This document shows positions 1-8,405 of a stretch of DNA of 64,000 bases, piece after piece. How positions within the stretch are numbered: position 1 is the first letter of the stretch; each line of letters begins with the position of its first letter. Location: contig JALHOO010000001.1 in NCBI GenBank assembly GCA_022842945.1, forward strand, positions 221,830-285,829, read 5' to 3'. Position numbers and translations under genes: made by a program. The notes under the pieces were generated by a model. It did no database searches. It was not told the DNA's origin and saw nothing but the letters and a program-made list of their open reading frames with translations. Source of the stretch: Minisyncoccota bacterium. Lineage in GTDB: Bacteria > Patescibacteriota > Minisyncoccia > Phycocordibacterales > Phycocordibacteraceae.

Positions 1-2
1 AC

Positions 3-275
3 ATCGTCCCTGCCCTTTCCTTGGAGGAGGGGCGTGGGGCGTTCTCGCAGTTTGCTTCCGAAATCAAGGCAGTGGTTCTTGATGGAAGTCTCGGTAGTGG
101 AGAGTTCGGACACGTCCTGGCCAAGGAAATCCGTGACGCCGGCTATACCGGGCCCATGATTGCCTGTTCCTCTCTTGCGGCCTGTGCTACCGACCTTAGG
201 GAAGGCGGCTGCGACCATGCTGTTGGAAAGGGTGATCTTGGGAACTATCTGAAACGCTTGCTTTCAGTAGCGTGA
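3..275 (+). CDS. Receiver (REC)-domain-like protein, 5'-partial; cassette of array 1
   Basis: Frame is open to the window edge. VVLDGSL...GHVLAKEIR...PMIACSS...GCDHAVGK fits a CheY-like pattern. It is followed by a hairpin terminator and a repeat site. Confidence 0.6.
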   Translation: MVPALSLEEGRGAFSQFASEIKAVVLDGSLGSGEFGHVLAKEIRDAGYTGPMIACSSLAACATDLREGGCDHAVGKGDLGNYLKRLLSVA

Positions 276-277
276 GA

Positions 278-320
278 CCAACCCACCGACGGATTACCCA
301 TCCGTTTTGGTGGGTTTTCT
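278..320 (+). terminator. Intrinsic terminator
   Basis: AACCCACC...GGTGGGTT stem followed by a T-rich tail. Confidence 0.65.
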
Positions 321-326
321 GTTTAC

Positions 327-355
327 TGCTGGCAGTCTGGGACGATGTTGGAACC
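327..355 (+). repeat. 29-bp cassette-boundary site, type A (consensus copy)
   Basis: TGCTGGCAGTCTGGGACGATGTTGGAACC. Confidence 0.95.
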
Positions 356-358
356 GCT

Positions 359-733
359 CTAGTCAGCCCTAACAACATAAAAGGCTAGAGCCCCTTCTTG
401 TTGTTCCTTCTCTTCGCTCCACCAGCTCCTCAATCCCGAAAGCAGTTCCTCCTTGTCTCCAAGCTGTGAGAGGTCTTCTTCAATGAGTACGAATAGATCA
501 TTGAATGTTGGAGCACGGTAGATTTTCTTAATCTTCACTACGACTTTGCGAGCATCTTGTTCAGGCTCTATCTGCCAACCCGTGAGGTCTTCCCAAAACT
601 CTATAAAGTCACCCTCGCTCAAATCCTTCCAGGCTTCCTGGTCAAGACGAAAGTCGATTGACTGGCCGCTTTGCACAAGTGCCTCAAACGGCTCAGTGGT
701 TAGCTGGATAGACTTCTTTATCTGCATATGCAA
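359..733 (-). CDS. ASCH/PUA-like domain protein (cassette)
   Basis: PFEALVQSGQSIDFRL...LSEGDFIEF and VKIKKIYRAPTFNDL match the ASCH pattern. The stop codon lies 3 bp from a type A site. Confidence 0.7.
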   Translation of the reverse strand: MHMQIKKSIQLTTEPFEALVQSGQSIDFRLDQEAWKDLSEGDFIEFWEDLTGWQIEPEQDARKVVVKIKKIYRAPTFNDLFVLIEEDLSQLGDKEELLSGLRSWWSEEKEQQEGALAFYVVRAD

Positions 734-747
734 AGTGTACCAAGGAT

Positions 748-776
748 TGCTGGCTGTCTGGGACGATGTTGGAACC
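748..776 (+). repeat. Type A site
   Basis: TGCTGGCTGTCTGGGACGATGTTGGAACC. Confidence 0.95.
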
Positions 777-840
777 TATACTATCCACAACTCTCGAGCC
801 ACCTAATTGCTTGCCAGTATCTAAATGCTAGACTTTCCTT

Positions 841-966
841 AAGAAAGAGCGGTGCTCCGCTCTTCTGCAAGGTCGGAGTTTTTGACACCGACGGCTTAAT
901 CTCGGTTGAGACGCTAGCACGACCTTGTGCCCTTTCTTTCGGTCCTGACTTCGGTCGGGGCCTTTT
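841..966 (+). ncRNA. Putative small structured RNA with terminator (ORF-less cassette)
   Basis: Extended -10 TGCTAGACT at 826-834. Stems GAGCGG/CCGCTC and GCAAGGTCG/CGACCTTGT. Terminator GGTCCTGAC-TTCG-GTCGGGGCC-TTTT. No credible ORF. Confidence 0.5.
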
Positions 967-983
967 CCTATACTATCTACTGT

Positions 984-1007
984 TGCTGGCAGACCAGGTA
1001 TCGAACC
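984..1007 (+). repeat. 24-bp terminal site, type B (tRNA 3'-end-like on the minus strand)
   Basis: TGCTGGCAGACCAGGTATCGAACC, directly abutting the lexA stop codon. Confidence 0.9.
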
Positions 1008-1706
1008 CTACCTCTGCGGCTCAAGCTCCGTATAATACTCAACCTTAATATCGTCCACCCACTCCGTTCCCGGAATGATAGAGAGCACTTTTCCAAATAC
1101 CCTCGAGTCCTCTTCCCGTACAACTATTGGATGATAGGTTCCGTACTTGTTCTCCGGGTTCAGATACACTACCTCGTCTACCCGTGAGAAGCGCTTAATA
1201 ACAGCCATGTTTCCAAGAATAGCCACCACACGGTCTCCGTTCTCTACCTGGTCTGTTACCTCAACGATAACGTAGTCGCCGCTATGAATACCTGCGTCCT
1301 GCATAGAGTCCCCAACCGCACGCACGGCAGCAATATTCGTGTAATCCTTACGTCCGCCAATAAGACTGCGGTCAACAACGATGTACTCCCCGAAGCTCTG
1401 CTCCGCGTACACGTCCATGGCGTCACACCCAGCCGACGCAATAACCGGCACCTGAATAAGGTCAGATGAGATCTGAGACTTAACCCCGTCAAGAATAGAA
1501 ATGCTTCGGTGCTGGAAGCGGTTGCGGGTAATGAGACCTTTTCTCTCAAGGCTCTCAAGACGCTGCGTAACACTGCGTAGAGACTTCAATTTAAGTGCTG
1601 TGCCGAGCTCCGTTATGGTTGGAGACTTTCCATTGGCATCCGTATGCTCCTGGATAACCGCTAAGGTTTCTTTCTGTGCTGGTGTGAGAGAAACGAGCTT
1701 GTTCAT
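1008..1706 (-). CDS. lexA: SOS repressor LexA
   Basis: N-terminal winged HTH (LTPAQKETL...SPTITEL), Ala-Gly cleavage site (ASAG), catalytic GDSM and VIKRF. Confidence 0.9.
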   Translation of the reverse strand: MNKLVSLTPAQKETLAVIQEHTDANGKSPTITELGTALKLKSLRSVTQRLESLERKGLITRNRFQHRSISILDGVKSQISSDLIQVPVIASAGCDAMDVYAEQSFGEYIVVDRSLIGGRKDYTNIAAVRAVGDSMQDAGIHSGDYVIVEVTDQVENGDRVVAILGNMAVIKRFSRVDEVVYLNPENKYGTYHPIVVREEDSRVFGKVLSIIPGTEWVDDIKVEYYTELEPQR

Positions 1707-1793
1707 CCGTCAATCGTACACCCGAGCTGGTGGTGCGCCTATACACAACATCTGTAGTTTTCCACACAACATACACAAGTTTACGTTCTCCCT

Positions 1794-2369
1794 CTAATAC
1801 TCAATCGTAAGCGGGAACGATATCAAACGTGCGTTCTCAACCATACCTGACGGATTGTCGTTCATAAGCACAAGCACCGCTTCTCCGATGAAGCTCTCAG
1901 GAACGGTGATGGTTGAGGAAAATGGTACGAAGTCCTCCGTCATCCAGTCAGCACCTCCAACCGGCTGCCCTATACCTGTTGCGATAACGGTACCCATGGT
2001 ATCACGCACCTCAATCGGGAACGATGCTTCAAAGTACCAGGTGCCTCTCGCCTCCCCCATAACCGTTAGCGTTTTTCCAACAACAGAGCCCGGTGTTGGG
2101 TTCGTAAGCCGAATCAGATCTGCTGATGCGTTTACGTAGGTTGGCTCTGGAGCCGGGAGCTCCTCAACATAGAGTCTGCTGTCTGGGGTACGGCATTGCC
2201 GCGGGTAGCTTTCCATAACCGGGTATCCTGCTGCCTCACAGTCTAGAAACGAAAGCACTATCGGTTCCTCAGACACAGCCTGCGGACGCATGAAGAGATA
2301 GACCGAAAGCGCCACACCTCCAACAAGAAGGAGGATCAGGATAAGGAGTGGAAGCGGTTTAAGTGCCAT
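1794..2369 (-). CDS. Membrane-anchored Gmad2-type immunoglobulin-like protein
   Basis: N-terminal TM helix and motifs GEARGTWYFEASFP, WMTEDFVPF, NDNPSG. Confidence 0.75.
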   Translation of the reverse strand: MALKPLPLLILILLLVGGVALSVYLFMRPQAVSEEPIVLSFLDCEAAGYPVMESYPRQCRTPDSRLYVEELPAPEPTYVNASADLIRLTNPTPGSVVGKTLTVMGEARGTWYFEASFPIEVRDTMGTVIATGIGQPVGGADWMTEDFVPFSSTITVPESFIGEAVLVLMNDNPSGMVENARLISFPLTIEY

Positions 2370-2374
2370 AGGTA

Positions 2375-2860
2375 TTAGAGATAACTATCAAAGTAAATTG
2401 CGTGGCAGGTATACCCTCCTGGATTCTTCTGGAGATAATCCTGATGGTGTGCCTCTGCCGGATAGAACACGGTGAACGGTTCGAGGGTTGTAACAACCGG
2501 AGAAGGCCATCGCCCAGACTCGTTAACGATACGTATCATGTCCTCCGCCACCTGTTTCTCCTCAGGGTTTCTGAAGAAGATAGCAGACCGGTACGAGGTA
2601 CCCATGTCGTTGCCTTGCTGGTTTACGGTTGTGGGGTTGTGTACCTGGAAGAAGAAGTTCAGAAGCTCCTTGTATGAGATCTTCTCGGTGTCATAGGTAA
2701 CTTCAAGAGCCTCTGCGTGTCCGGGATGGTTCTCATACGTTGGGTCCTCGTTCTCCCCTCCGGTATACCCCGCCTCAGTCTCAAGCACACCCGGAAGGGT
2801 GCGTACAAGCTCCTCAAGTCCCCAGAAGCATCCGCCCGCGAGATACGCTTTCTCAGTCAT
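2375..2860 (-). CDS. msrA: Peptide-methionine (S)-S-oxide reductase
   Basis: GGCFWG motif and AEAHHQDY. Confidence 0.97.
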   Translation of the reverse strand: MTEKAYLAGGCFWGLEELVRTLPGVLETEAGYTGGENEDPTYENHPGHAEALEVTYDTEKISYKELLNFFFQVHNPTTVNQQGNDMGTSYRSAIFFRNPEEKQVAEDMIRIVNESGRWPSPVVTTLEPFTVFYPAEAHHQDYLQKNPGGYTCHAIYFDSYL

Positions 2861-3183
2861 TAGGAGTTTCGGATATCAAGCACGGGAGACACTGGCTCCT
2901 CTATAACTACAGACGGCATAGACTGTGCACGAGCAAGATCCTCTGCAAGCTTCTTATTCTCCTTCTTAAGGCTCATGAGACGGAATCCGTCCTTAACCGC
3001 AGACGGAATAGATACAAGCAAACTTACGATTATGCCCACGGCAAACGCAATAAGGATGAGCAGTGCGAGGGAGCTTTCAAACTGCCAGCCGAGGAACGTA
3101 AGCGACACAACGGCGGTGTTCTGAAGCGCGAATAAGAGTGCGGCAACGCCGAGTAAGAAGCCAAGAATGAGGGATATGATCAT
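2860..3183 (-). CDS. LapA-family membrane protein
   Basis: FALQNTAVVSLTFLGW motif, two TM helices and a coiled coil. Start reassigned to MIISL. Confidence 0.75.
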   Translation of the reverse strand: MIISLILGFLLGVAALLFALQNTAVVSLTFLGWQFESSLALLILIAFAVGIIVSLLVSIPSAVKDGFRLMSLKKENKKLAEDLARAQSMPSVVIEEPVSPVLDIRNS

Positions 3184-3226
3184 GGGACCAGTATACCTTT
3201 TTAGTTCATGAAGATTGTATGTGGCC

Positions 3227-4084
3227 CTAGCAAACCGTTGAGCAGAAGACGCTTCTATTTCCGCTACAGCCTTCGCAAACGAGGAAATGCAGATGGCAGA
3301 AATCATTCGCGCAGTTCACGTACTTCTCTGTGGGAGAGCTACAGAAATGGCAGGTGCCAATGATTTCGCGTTCCCCGCCAAAGTGCATGGTCTTGCGGTC
3401 GTCAAAGGTGTAGAGAGACCCAAGGAAGTCTTTCCCTGGATACTTTTCCATGTACCCATGTATCCCGTTATCAAGCTGGTACACATCGTTGAAACCGTTC
3501 TCAAGCAGAAACGCAGACATCTTCTCGCAACGGACTCCCCCGGTGCATACCGTGAGCACCGTCTTGTCTTTGAGGTTCTCAAGCTTAGGGAGTGCCTCCG
3601 GCAAGTCGCGAGAGTTTTCGAGTCCGGGGTTAATGGAATCCTTAAAGTGCCCAGAGCGATATTCGTAATCGTTACGCATATCAACCACCACAAAGTCCTT
3701 CCCGCCCTCATACCACTCACGCAGTGTTTCAGGTGCCAGGTACTTGCCGGTGCGTTTGGTTGGATCTACGGACGCCGGAAACCTCGTCCCTACAATCTCT
3801 TCGCGCACCTTAACCGAGAGCTTTGGAAACGCTCTCCCAGTGCCTGCACTTCGTTTTATGCGCATATCGCTAAAGCGTTCGTCCTGAAGCAGTTCTTCAG
3901 CAAAAGCTTCGGTATCCTCCACACTTCCCTCAAGCGTGCCGTTAATGCCCTCTCCCGCCACAAGAATGCGCCCTACAAGGGTATGTTCCTTGGCTTGTGC
4001 CCGAAGACGCGCAGAAAGCGCCTCTGGATCCTCTACGGATACATACTTATAAAACAGGATTATTTGCGGGGTTATGGTCTCCAT
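3227..4084 (-). CDS. trhO: Rhodanese-domain tRNA uridine(34) hydroxylase TrhO (YceA family)
   Basis: LFYKY, EGINGT, DMRNDYE and CTGGVRCEK. Confidence 0.88.
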   Translation of the reverse strand: METITPQIILFYKYVSVEDPEALSARLRAQAKEHTLVGRILVAGEGINGTLEGSVEDTEAFAEELLQDERFSDMRIKRSAGTGRAFPKLSVKVREEIVGTRFPASVDPTKRTGKYLAPETLREWYEGGKDFVVVDMRNDYEYRSGHFKDSINPGLENSRDLPEALPKLENLKDKTVLTVCTGGVRCEKMSAFLLENGFNDVYQLDNGIHGYMEKYPGKDFLGSLYTFDDRKTMHFGGEREIIGTCHFCSSPTEKYVNCANDFCHLHFLVCEGCSGNRSVFCSTVC

Positions 4085-4164
4085 ATACTCTCTTTACCCT
4101 ACAACATCCTCTACATACGAGAAAGGGTCCAGCAGAGAGCTGGACCCTTTGGTCTCTATGGAGC

Positions 4165-5247
4165 TTAACGCGTTAGGGTCCAGGTTGTTCCCTGAATCGG
4201 GAAGGTGCTTGGAACGCTTGCGCCGGTTGTTGCTGATACCACATCGAGCATAAGCGTCTGTCCTGCATAGTTTCCGCTCATACCATTCAAGAGGACTTTA
4301 ATGGAGTAGATACGAATCTGTCCGGGTGGCACAACCGCTGGAAGCGGCACGTACATAAGACCGTTCTTGAAGAGACCAGCTCCATACGTGGTGTAGCGAG
4401 AACCTCCCTTGTCGTCATTTGTTGAAACACTCACAACTGCATCTGTTGAAGCAGAACCGTTCTGCTTCAGAGTAAAGCCGTCGATGTGTGCCGGCTTGTT
4501 GCTCGTGTTCACAACCTTAATGTAGGCAACAGGTATAGAGGCTCCTGGTGCAGCATTCCCTCCTGAAAGAAGTGGAAGCGCACTCATAACAAGGGTACCG
4601 CCCTTAACCGAGGCTGAGGACGGGACACCGTCTCCAACAATAAGGGTGCCTTCTCCAATAGCATCAATCTCTGCTCCCTTCTCGCCGAAGAGGGTTACGT
4701 CGTACGCACCGTCCTTAAGACTCTTTGTTACGCGCACATCCCATTCACCGCTACGCACACGCGTAACCCTGCTCTTGAACGCGAGCTTCCCATTCTCGTC
4801 CCTAATCTCAAGACGCACGGACCTCGTGTCCGTGGCTTCCCCTGAGATGGTTGGTTTTGGGTGCTCTGTAACGAGCGTGTCCTTGTTAAAAGACGCATCA
4901 ACAACCACGAGCTCTACACCGCAGTCTGCTTTGCGGCTGCCGTTTGTGAAGCGGTAGGAATATTCCGTGTCTTTGGTTGGAGAGACGGTTATAGAGTCTT
5001 CGAGATCAATCTCGTCCTTGTCGATATCAATGGCTTCCTTTGCGTTTACTCCTTTCCATTCGATAGTAACCTCGTCTCCCTTTTGAACGAGTACTTCTTC
5101 GGTCCCTTTAAACGTTGCAGAGTCGTAGGGTGTGGTAACGGTAAGCTCGCAGGAGACTCTCGAACTTGCCGCAGAAGCGCTGTTCGGGATGATGGCGAGT
5201 GCGCCAACTATGAAGACGCTGAGCGTCAGAGTGCGTAGTAAGGACAT
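4165..5247 (-). CDS. Secreted/surface protein with Ig-like beta domains
   Basis: Signal peptide, beta-rich sequence, PTISGEA Ig-like motif. Confidence 0.6.
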   Translation of the reverse strand: MSLLRTLTLSVFIVGALAIIPNSASAASSRVSCELTVTTPYDSATFKGTEEVLVQKGDEVTIEWKGVNAKEAIDIDKDEIDLEDSITVSPTKDTEYSYRFTNGSRKADCGVELVVVDASFNKDTLVTEHPKPTISGEATDTRSVRLEIRDENGKLAFKSRVTRVRSGEWDVRVTKSLKDGAYDVTLFGEKGAEIDAIGEGTLIVGDGVPSSASVKGGTLVMSALPLLSGGNAAPGASIPVAYIKVVNTSNKPAHIDGFTLKQNGSASTDAVVSVSTNDDKGGSRYTTYGAGLFKNGLMYVPLPAVVPPGQIRIYSIKVLLNGMSGNYAGQTLMLDVVSATTGASVPSTFPIQGTTWTLTR

Positions 5248-5391
5248 AGGTACAAATCTGAATTATCGAAGTAACTGTAGTAAACCGTAGCACGATATGA
5301 AGTATGAAGAGGATGGTGCTTCATGAAGTCTGCAACGCAAAACTCCTGAAGCATGGGCTTCAGGAGTTAAGACGGTATACCCCAAGGGGTC

Positions 5392-5628
5392 TTACGTGCC
5401 TGAGACCCTGTCACCGATGATTGCTTCGTCTGCAGTAGTCTCGATGAGCATCACACCGCTACGTGGGTGAATGCTTGGTGCGGTGTTAATTGCAGAAGAC
5501 GGGGTTGCCGCTTCTGTAGTCATAACCTCACCAGATACGTTTACGTATGCGTAGGTAGCGGCAAGCGTCACTCCTGGGATGGCGACGATCGCTGCTAGAG
5601 CGAATGCACCGACAAGTAGCTTTTTCAT
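5392..5628 (-). CDS. Small secreted hypothetical protein
   Basis: MKKLL signal peptide. Terminator at about 5342-5369. Confidence 0.6.
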   Translation of the reverse strand: MKKLLVGAFALAAIVAIPGVTLAATYAYVNVSGEVMTTEAATPSSAINTAPSIHPRSGVMLIETTADEAIIGDRVSGT

Positions 5629-5729
5629 ATCAACGAATGTTTTAGTTAATCTGTTAGTACGTGCTACTAACCATAGATGCATCCTACCTGCTACCCTATG
5701 AAGCCAACGTGAAGGCTTCATACTGCGTA

Positions 5730-5978
5730 CTACGATGCTCCCCCTTCGAGATGTCTGGTGAAGTGCTGCTTTATGGTGTTGTCGAGTGCTTTGCTGAATT
5801 CAATAGCGTGCTTTGGGGAGAGAACAATCTCAGAAACCAGTTGACCTGCGGTTGTGTTTGGGCGCACATATGCGAACTGGATGATAACTGAATCGTCTGA
5901 CACCGTTACCTGTGTAGCGTTTACGAATGTTGCGAGTGTGTTTGCGGGAGCCGTTATAGCAATCTGTTTCTTTTCCAT
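5730..5978 (-). CDS. DUF3467-like small protein
   Basis: FVNATQV...LVSEIVLSPKHAIEF pattern. Confidence 0.6.
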   Translation of the reverse strand: MEKKQIAITAPANTLATFVNATQVTVSDDSVIIQFAYVRPNTTAGQLVSEIVLSPKHAIEFSKALDNTIKQHFTRHLEGGAS

Positions 5979-5981
5979 AGG

Positions 5982-6179
5982 TTATGAGAATACGGCCTGA
6001 ACCTTTTCAATAAGCTCTGCAATGAATGCGGTTATAATTTCCCATCCGTCCTTTATGTAGGTCCAGACGAACGTGAAGTTGTCCTCTCCTGTAGGAGACT
6101 GAGCAATATCCCGGATAGATATACCAAAGTAGGACAAAGCCAGAATAAGGATAATAACGAGAAGGATGAAGCGTACCAT
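5982..6179 (-). CDS. Small membrane protein
   Basis: Hydrophobic N-terminus followed by LSYFGISIR. Confidence 0.6.
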   Translation of the reverse strand: MVRFILLVIILILALSYFGISIRDIAQSPTGEDNFTFVWTYIKDGWEIITAFIAELIEKVQAVFS

Positions 6180-6201
6180 GGGGTTTAGTATACTAGCCCG
6201 A

Positions 6202-6855
6202 ATGCCTTCCAAAAAGCCGCTAGAGGATACGCGCGTGGAGATTGCCCTCCTTCATCTGAAGAAGGTGGACGGTCTGCTGTACCAGAAAGCTCTCTTGGTT
6301 CAGGATCACCTTGCTTCTCGTAAGGCCTCAAAGCGCCGCTACTCAAGCCAGAAACTGTTCGCGTCCCTTGCAGCAAGTGTCACCAGCCAGCAGCTCTCCA
6401 TAAAAGCCGCCGATACTATATGGAGCAGACTTGAGCTTGCCTGCGGCGGCGAGGTTACGCCAGAAGCAATCAAGAGATTCCGAATCCCAACTCTCCGAAA
6501 AGCAGGACTCTCTGCTGCAAAGGTAAAGACGTTGAAGGAACTTTCTAAAGCGGTACTCTCCGGAGAGTTGAACCTCCCTGCTCTCAAGAAGTTGCCTGAA
6601 GAGGAAGCCATAGAGAAGCTCTCGAGTGTCTGGGGTATTGGACGCTGGACCGCAGAGATGTTTCTCATGTTTGCGCTTGAGCGAGAGGATGTGTTCTCTC
6701 CGGGAGACTTGGGTCTTCGCCGCTCCATAGAAACCCTCTACAGTCTCCCCAAGGACGTACATGTACGAGAGATTGAGGCTATAGCACAAGTCTGGTCTCC
6801 GCATCGAACCTTCGCGTCGAGAGTGTTGTGGAGGATTCGGGATGTGCAGGGTTAG
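6202..6855 (+). CDS. alkA: DNA-3-methyladenine glycosylase II (HhH-GPD)
   Basis: SQQLSIKAA, WGIGRWTAEMFLMFAL and FSPGDLG. Confidence 0.85.
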   Translation: MPSKKPLEDTRVEIALLHLKKVDGLLYQKALLVQDHLASRKASKRRYSSQKLFASLAASVTSQQLSIKAADTIWSRLELACGGEVTPEAIKRFRIPTLRKAGLSAAKVKTLKELSKAVLSGELNLPALKKLPEEEAIEKLSSVWGIGRWTAEMFLMFALEREDVFSPGDLGLRRSIETLYSLPKDVHVREIEAIAQVWSPHRTFASRVLWRIRDVQG

Positions 6856-6910
6856 AGATACCTACACTTTACAAAACTATAAATATAGTGTATTATATTT
6901 ATAGGCAACG

Positions 6911-7342
6911 ATGCCCGGGCAGGAATGCCCTCAATCACCCGGAAGGGTCCTAGGAATAGGAGAAGGTACCTTGAATAACGTTCAGAGACTGATGGTTGGC
7001 AGTGCGAATCTCAATCAGATGCGTGCCGAAATCAAGATGGTAGTGAGTACGGTGGCGTCCATGATTAACGCCAATACGGGAACGCATTCCCAAAACAAGT
7101 CGGGCGTTTACTGGATCATCGACACCAAGCGCTTCACCCGGATCTACTGCCGCGATTCTGAGGAGGTGTCGCGGCGAGACTACATGCTCTACTGCTCCTC
7201 CCAGAAGAGCGACAAGGAGATGAGTCTCATCGACGTTGTCGAGGCACATCAGAGCCTCGAAGGATTCCTGGAATGGGCCATGGACCTCTACCCCGAACTT
7301 CGCGCGCAGTTGAAACCAATCTTTGAGGCCGCCGAGCTCTAA
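6911..7342 (+). CDS. Hypothetical orphan protein at the left edge of array 2
   Basis: AT-rich promoter-like upstream region, terminator at about 7351-7395, then a type A site. Start uncertain. Confidence 0.55.
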   Translation: MPGQECPQSPGRVLGIGEGTLNNVQRLMVGSANLNQMRAEIKMVVSTVASMINANTGTHSQNKSGVYWIIDTKRFTRIYCRDSEEVSRRDYMLYCSSQKSDKEMSLIDVVEAHQSLEGFLEWAMDLYPELRAQLKPIFEAAEL

Positions 7343-7414
7343 CGCTCGAAAGCCCCGATAGGAGAGCCTCGTCGCTCTCTATGTCGGGGCTTTTCTATTT
7401 ACATACCAAGAGTT

Positions 7415-7443
7415 TGCTGGCTGTCTGGGACGATGTTGGAACC
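7415..7443 (+). repeat. Type A site
   Basis: TGCTGGCTGTCTGGGACGATGTTGGAACC, identical to the 748 copy. Confidence 0.95.
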
Positions 7444-7519
7444 ATATTGCTCAGCTATTGACAAGTACTATATATGTGTAATATAGTTATCCCAGCTCAT
7501 TTCAACAAAGGAGAGCACC

Positions 7520-7798
7520 ATGTCTGAGGCCCCTGAGGATAAAAAGGTGTTGGTCGGCGAGCGACTCATCCAAGCTCTGCTGTCCCCGGATTACTTTGAA
7601 TTAGTCCTCGACATCTTCAAGGACAGCACGAGCGTTGCGAGCATTGTCGACGTCTTCGACTGTACGGATTATTCCGATCTCGTCAAAGAGGTCTTCGGCA
7701 ATCTGACCAATGAAGAGGTCAAAGATCTTTTCCGGCCTGCACTTCCCGACGCGCTCCGCCGGTTCCTCGGCGCTCAAAGCGTCATCATCACCTGGTGA
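7520..7798 (+). CDS. Hypothetical protein (cassette)
   Basis: TTGACA at 7458, AAGGAG RBS, downstream hairpin with T tail. Confidence 0.7.
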   Translation: MSEAPEDKKVLVGERLIQALLSPDYFELVLDIFKDSTSVASIVDVFDCTDYSDLVKEVFGNLTNEEVKDLFRPALPDALRRFLGAQSVIITW

Positions 7799-7869
7799 AC
7801 CCGTCCCTTCGTCAAACGAAAACCAAACCTTCGTTTCGGCGGAGGGGCGGTTTTCTTTTATCCAAATAT

Positions 7870-7898
7870 TGCTGGGGGTCTGGGACGATGTTGGAACC
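7870..7898 (+). repeat. Type A site
   Basis: TGCTGGGGGTCTGGGACGATGTTGGAACC. Confidence 0.95.
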
Positions 7899-7941
7899 TT
7901 TATGCAATCTATGTTAGGTTCTGTCTAGAAGGAGTTTTGCA

Positions 7942-8289
7942 ATGGCCCACGACGAAAACAAGTATCTGCTGTGGTGTTTTCTATGGACCACCCACAGCTC
8001 TGACAGACCGGTTAGTGATATTGCGTGCTCGTTACATAGTTCTCTCGCAAAAGGCCAGGAGTTCTGTACGAATTACTGGCGCAACATGCCGGAACACGCC
8101 CCCTCGACCTATCTTGCGCCTACAGGTACTCGCTACCTGTGCCGAGTTGATGAAAAGACTCATAGACGCATCGTGGATAGCGATATTGGCCTCTGGTGCG
8201 TAACGGTTCCTCCCAGTACAACAGAAGCACTTGCCCTTCTTCCCCCTACTGACTTTATGTCACTCACAGAGGGCAGGATGCCGGCGTAA
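7942..8289 (+). CDS. Hypothetical protein (cassette)
   Basis: AAGGAG RBS. The ORF fills most of the interval between sites. Confidence 0.6.
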   Translation: MAHDENKYLLWCFLWTTHSSDRPVSDIACSLHSSLAKGQEFCTNYWRNMPEHAPSTYLAPTGTRYLCRVDEKTHRRIVDSDIGLWCVTVPPSTTEALALLPPTDFMSLTEGRMPA

Positions 8290-8380
8290 TCTATGCTACC
8301 GATCTGATGAATCAAGACGGGATTCCCTGAGATAAGAAGCCGAAAACGAGAAATCGTGAGTAGGCTTTTCTCTTTTTTAT

Positions 8381-8404
8381 TGCTGGCAGACTAGGTATCG
8401 AACT
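8381..8404 (+). repeat. Type B terminal site
   Basis: TGCTGGCAGACTAGGTATCGAACT, 1 bp from the M23 peptidase stop codon. Confidence 0.9.
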
Positions 8405-8405
8405 T

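Noticed and set aside
1-10. ACATCGTCCC, a 10-nt match to the reverse complement of type A
   Set aside because: It diverges immediately afterwards, is in the opposite orientation, lies within an open receiver-domain frame and is truncated by the window edge.
984-1007. Type B sites as functional tRNA genes
   Set aside because: Only the T-loop and 3' acceptor strand are present. The sequence upstream is protein-coding, with no D or anticodon arm.
3287-4168. Long antisense ORFs (for example 3287-4168, 19143-19997, 36593-37495)
   Set aside because: They are shadows of well-supported genes on the opposite strand and carry no recognisable motifs.
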